Below, in pieces: positions 29,966 to 32,253 of a stretch of 32,253 bases of DNA. A program made the translations under genes and the position numbers. Each line of letters opens with the position of its first letter. Position 1 is the first letter of the stretch. The notes under the pieces are model-generated. The model was not told where the DNA came from. It saw nothing but the letters and a program-made list of their open reading frames with translations, and ran no database searches. The stretch is taken from the NCBI GenBank assembly GCA_038319425.1, contig JBBQDE010000001.1, positions 1 to 32,253 on the forward strand, given 5' to 3'. The stretch is from Gemmatimonadales bacterium. Lineage in GTDB: Bacteria; Gemmatimonadota; Gemmatimonadetes; Gemmatimonadales; Gemmatimonadaceae.

Positions 29966-30926
29966 TCAGCGGCTCGCGCGCAGCGCGTTCAGGATCACGG
30001 CAACGTCAATTGCTTCCTGCAACAGGGCGCCCACGGTCGGGGGAATCATCCCCACGCCGGCGAACCCCATCGCGATGCCGCTCAGTACGAGGCCGGCCCA
30101 GATGCTCTCCCGCGCGAGTCGGGCGGTGCGCCGTCCGATGGCGACGGCATCGCCGACGCGCTCCAGCTGGTCCGACAGGATGATGACGTCGGCCGCCTCG
30201 CTGGTGATGCCGCCACCGTGGCCAGCCAACGCAATGCCGACGTGCGCGGCGCTCAGGGCCGGCGCGTCGTTGGTCCCGTCGCCTACCATGAGGACCACCT
30301 CCCCGTCGCGCACGAGCTGTTCCACGGCCGCGACCTTGTCCGAGTTTCGTCCCGACATGGGCGGCGATCGGGACCGGCTCGCCGGTGAGCGAGGATGCAT
30401 CCACGTCGGAGCTTCCATCGACGACGATGCCGTCGCAGGGCACGAGCTCGCCTGGCCGGAGCAGCAGCGTGTCGCCGATCGCCACGGCGTCCGCGTCAAC
30501 ATCCTCGATGCCACCAGGGAGCGCGCGGTGCGCATGGCGAGGGGCCGCGGCTTCGAGGTCACGCACGGCGGCCGACGCGCGACCTTCCGCATACCGCTCG
30601 AGCGCTTCACCCCCCGTCTGCATCACGACGATCACCAGACCGGGCAGCGGCTCGCGCAGCACGACCGCGGCAATGACCGCCGCGGCGGCGACGAGATCGG
30701 TGGCGAAGCGCCCGTGTCGAGCCGCGACCAGCATTTCCCATACGATCGGCGCCCCGAGCACCACCAGCGCCGCTAGCCACCCCCGCGCCACCCCGTCGCC
30801 GTACCCAGCGACCCGAGCAGCGGCGCCGGCGACGATCGCGAGGACGGCCAGCGCAGGAACGATGGCTTGCCGCCAGACGATCGAACCGCGTGCCCGCGCC
30901 GCGCCGGGCACGGACGCGCGAGTCAT
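29966..30926 (-). pseudogene. P1B-type heavy-metal P-type ATPase with a large internal deletion and a frameshift
   Basis: The N-part, in the frame of ORF 30006..30926, has TM helices and the start of the actuator domain ([36 protein letters not shown]). About 30 nt later, in another frame (ORF 29966..30610), the sequence jumps to the end of the P-domain ([37 protein letters not shown]...AADVIIL) and the last two TM helices. The CPx helix, the DKTGT phosphorylation site and the whole N-domain (about 300 aa) are missing. The junction is near 30345-30360. Confidence 0.7.
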
Positions 30927-30932
30927 GGCCAG

Positions 30933-31382
30933 CTACTCCTGACCGGTGATCGACGCGCGCCCGCTGATCTCCTGCATGTGGATGCCGAAGAGGATGCTGC
31001 GATGGGGAACGGGATCATCGGCCGAGAAGGTCTCAGGAACGAGTCCCGTGAGCAGCTGACGGGCTCGCGCGTATGTGCTGGAAGACCCCGTCTCTGGATC
31101 GAGCAGATGAAAGCTCCCCTTCGCCACCACGCTCGACCAGTCGAACACGCCGTGGACCTCGTCCACCTCGAACGCACACCAGGGACGGTGCGCGAGCGTC
31201 ACGAGCTTGGTGCCGATGCTGGTGCGCCCGAAGATCCAGTCCCCGTCAACGACGTAGTGCACCGGCTCGATGTCCACGCGGTCGTGGAACGAGTACGCGA
31301 GGCGACCGACTCGGTGGCGCGCGAGCAGCGTGCGTGCGTCGGTCTCATCGAGGGTGCGAAACACCGGCACGGCCGTCTTCAT
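30933..31382 (-). CDS. Pyridoxamine-5'-phosphate-oxidase-family (FMN-binding split-barrel) protein
   Basis: 149 aa. LDETDARTLLARHRVGRLAYSFHDRVDIEPVHYVVDGDWIFGRTSIGTKL...PWCAFEVDEV..WSSVVAKG is typical of the Pyridox_ox_2/NimA-like group. GAGGTG lies upstream of the ATG. There is a 9-nt gap after the regulator gene. Confidence 0.8.
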   Translation of the reverse strand: MKTAVPVFRTLDETDARTLLARHRVGRLAYSFHDRVDIEPVHYVVDGDWIFGRTSIGTKLVTLAHRPWCAFEVDEVHGVFDWSSVVAKGSFHLLDPETGSSSTYARARQLLTGLVPETFSADDPVPHRSILFGIHMQEISGRASITGQE

Positions 31383-31391
31383 GGCGTCACC

Positions 31392-32144
31392 TCATTGTGC
31401 CTGGAGCAGACCCAGTCGCAGGCAGAGCTGCACGTAGTCCGCTCGATGTGACAGCCCCATCTTCTCGGTGATGCGCTGCTTGTACGTTTCCACCGTCTTG
31501 GGGCTGATGAACAGCTTCTCGCCGATCTCGGAGGCGGAGTATCCGCCCGCGACGAGCACCAGGACATCGCGCTCGCGCTCACTCAGCGCCTGATAACGTT
31601 CGCGCTCCACGGCGTGCTCCGAGCGGCGGGACATGGCCCGTGCGAGCGCGAGCGACGCCGACGGCTGGACGTAGACGTCGCCCGACGCGACGGCACGAAT
31701 GGCATCCGCCAGCTCGCGATCCGCGGCGTTCTTCACGAGATAGCCGGCGGCGCCGGCCTCGAGCAGGGTCACGAGGTACTCGTCCTCGGTGTGCATCGTG
31801 AGGATGAGGACGCGCGTGGCCGAATGCGTCGCGACGAGCTGCTTCGTCGCGGTGAGCCCGTCCATCAGCGGCATGTCGAGGTCCATCACGGCGACGTGCG
31901 GGGTGAGCCGCTCGATCAACGACACCGCGTCGCGGCCGTTGGTCGCCTCACCGACGACCTGGATGTCCTTCGTCGCGCCGATGAGGGCCTTCAGGCCGGC
32001 GCGCACGACGAGATGATCGTCGGCGAGCACGACGCGGATGATGTCGGGCGGGGACACGGGTGGCATGCGCGAGGCGGGCCAGGGGCTCGGTGACGGAGCG
32101 GCGCCAGTCAAGCGCGCCGCTCCGGGAGTGGTCGTCCCCTTCAT
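31392..32144 (-). CDS. NarL/FixJ-family response regulator, paralog of 29152..29931
   Basis: REC domain: IRVVLADDH, VMDLDMP, LILT, GYLVK. HTH domain: LSERERDVLVLVAGGYSASEIGEKLFISPKTVETYKQRITEKMGL. ATG 32144 lies 1 nt after the multicopper-oxidase stop (coupled). An alternative ATG is at 32066. Confidence 0.88.
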   Translation of the reverse strand: MKGTTTPGAARLTGAAPSPSPWPASRMPPVSPPDIIRVVLADDHLVVRAGLKALIGATKDIQVVGEATNGRDAVSLIERLTPHVAVMDLDMPLMDGLTATKQLVATHSATRVLILTMHTEDEYLVTLLEAGAAGYLVKNAADRELADAIRAVASGDVYVQPSASLALARAMSRRSEHAVERERYQALSERERDVLVLVAGGYSASEIGEKLFISPKTVETYKQRITEKMGLSHRADYVQLCLRLGLLQAQ

Positions 32145-32145
32145 C

Positions 32146-32253
32146 TTACTTCGTTACCACCAACGCCGTCACCATCCCGACCATCCCGTGCTCGCTCTCG
32201 GCGTGCGGCAGGATGTGGCAGTGGAAGGCCCAGGTGCCCGGGTTGGTACAGTT
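32146..32253 (-). CDS. Multicopper oxidase, 3' end only (5' part lies outside the window)
   Basis: Not in the ORF track because no start lies in the window. The reverse strand reads NCTNPGTWAFHCHILPHAESEHGMVGMVTALVVTK-stop. The HCH-x3-H-x..-GM element is the C-terminal T1/T3 copper signature of multicopper oxidases. TAA stop at 32146-32148. Confidence 0.8.
   Translation of the reverse strand, partial: NCTNPGTWAFHCHILPHAESEHGMVGMVTALVVTK

Overview
High-GC (about 70%) bacterial chromosomal window. The taxon is a guess: the gene content, including a secreted protein family I remember from the FCB group, suggests Gemmatimonadota or a relative. No rRNA, CRISPR array, transposase or integrase is visible.

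Nt 1-17.3 kb look like core genome:
- An overlapping envelope gene trio: a 5'-truncated giant coiled-coil protein, a TPR protein and a secreted GATase1-like protein.
- An FAD/BBE oxidase and a lipoprotein.
- A DinG-family Fe-S helicase that unusually carries an N-terminal RadC-like JAB/MPN+ domain.
- An overlapping run of an FAH-family enzyme, an aminotransferase and a membrane-anchored protein.
- lexA, gltX and two tRNA-Ser genes.
- An SPFH protein with a tiny zinc-ribbon partner.

From 17.4 kb the content becomes accessory and stress-like. The most interesting object is a tightly packed five-gene minus-strand operon: nirK (lipoprotein-type Cu nitrite reductase), nirV, a stand-alone RIC/ScdA N-terminal domain, and two paralogous 4-TM proteins. 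Each of these two proteins retains only the His-x-His helix signature of heme-copper oxidase subunit I. The operon is preceded by GTCGGG-core direct repeats phased every 23 nt. The same repeat, with the same 23-nt phasing, recurs upstream of a DUF2231-HdeD gene pair 4.5 kb away.

The remaining 11 kb is a stress island:
- Two tandem-USP proteins.
- BON, DUF2892, HdeD and DUF2231 proteins and a PNPOx-family protein.
- Two paralogous NarL-type response regulators with no kinase in the window.
- The 3' end of a multicopper oxidase.
- Three decayed genes: a P2-type ATPase C-terminal stump, a P1B-ATPase with a large internal deletion, and an SRPBCC gene with three frameshifts.
- Several operator-like dyads and hairpins.

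All family assignments come from motif recognition by eye. No searches were run.
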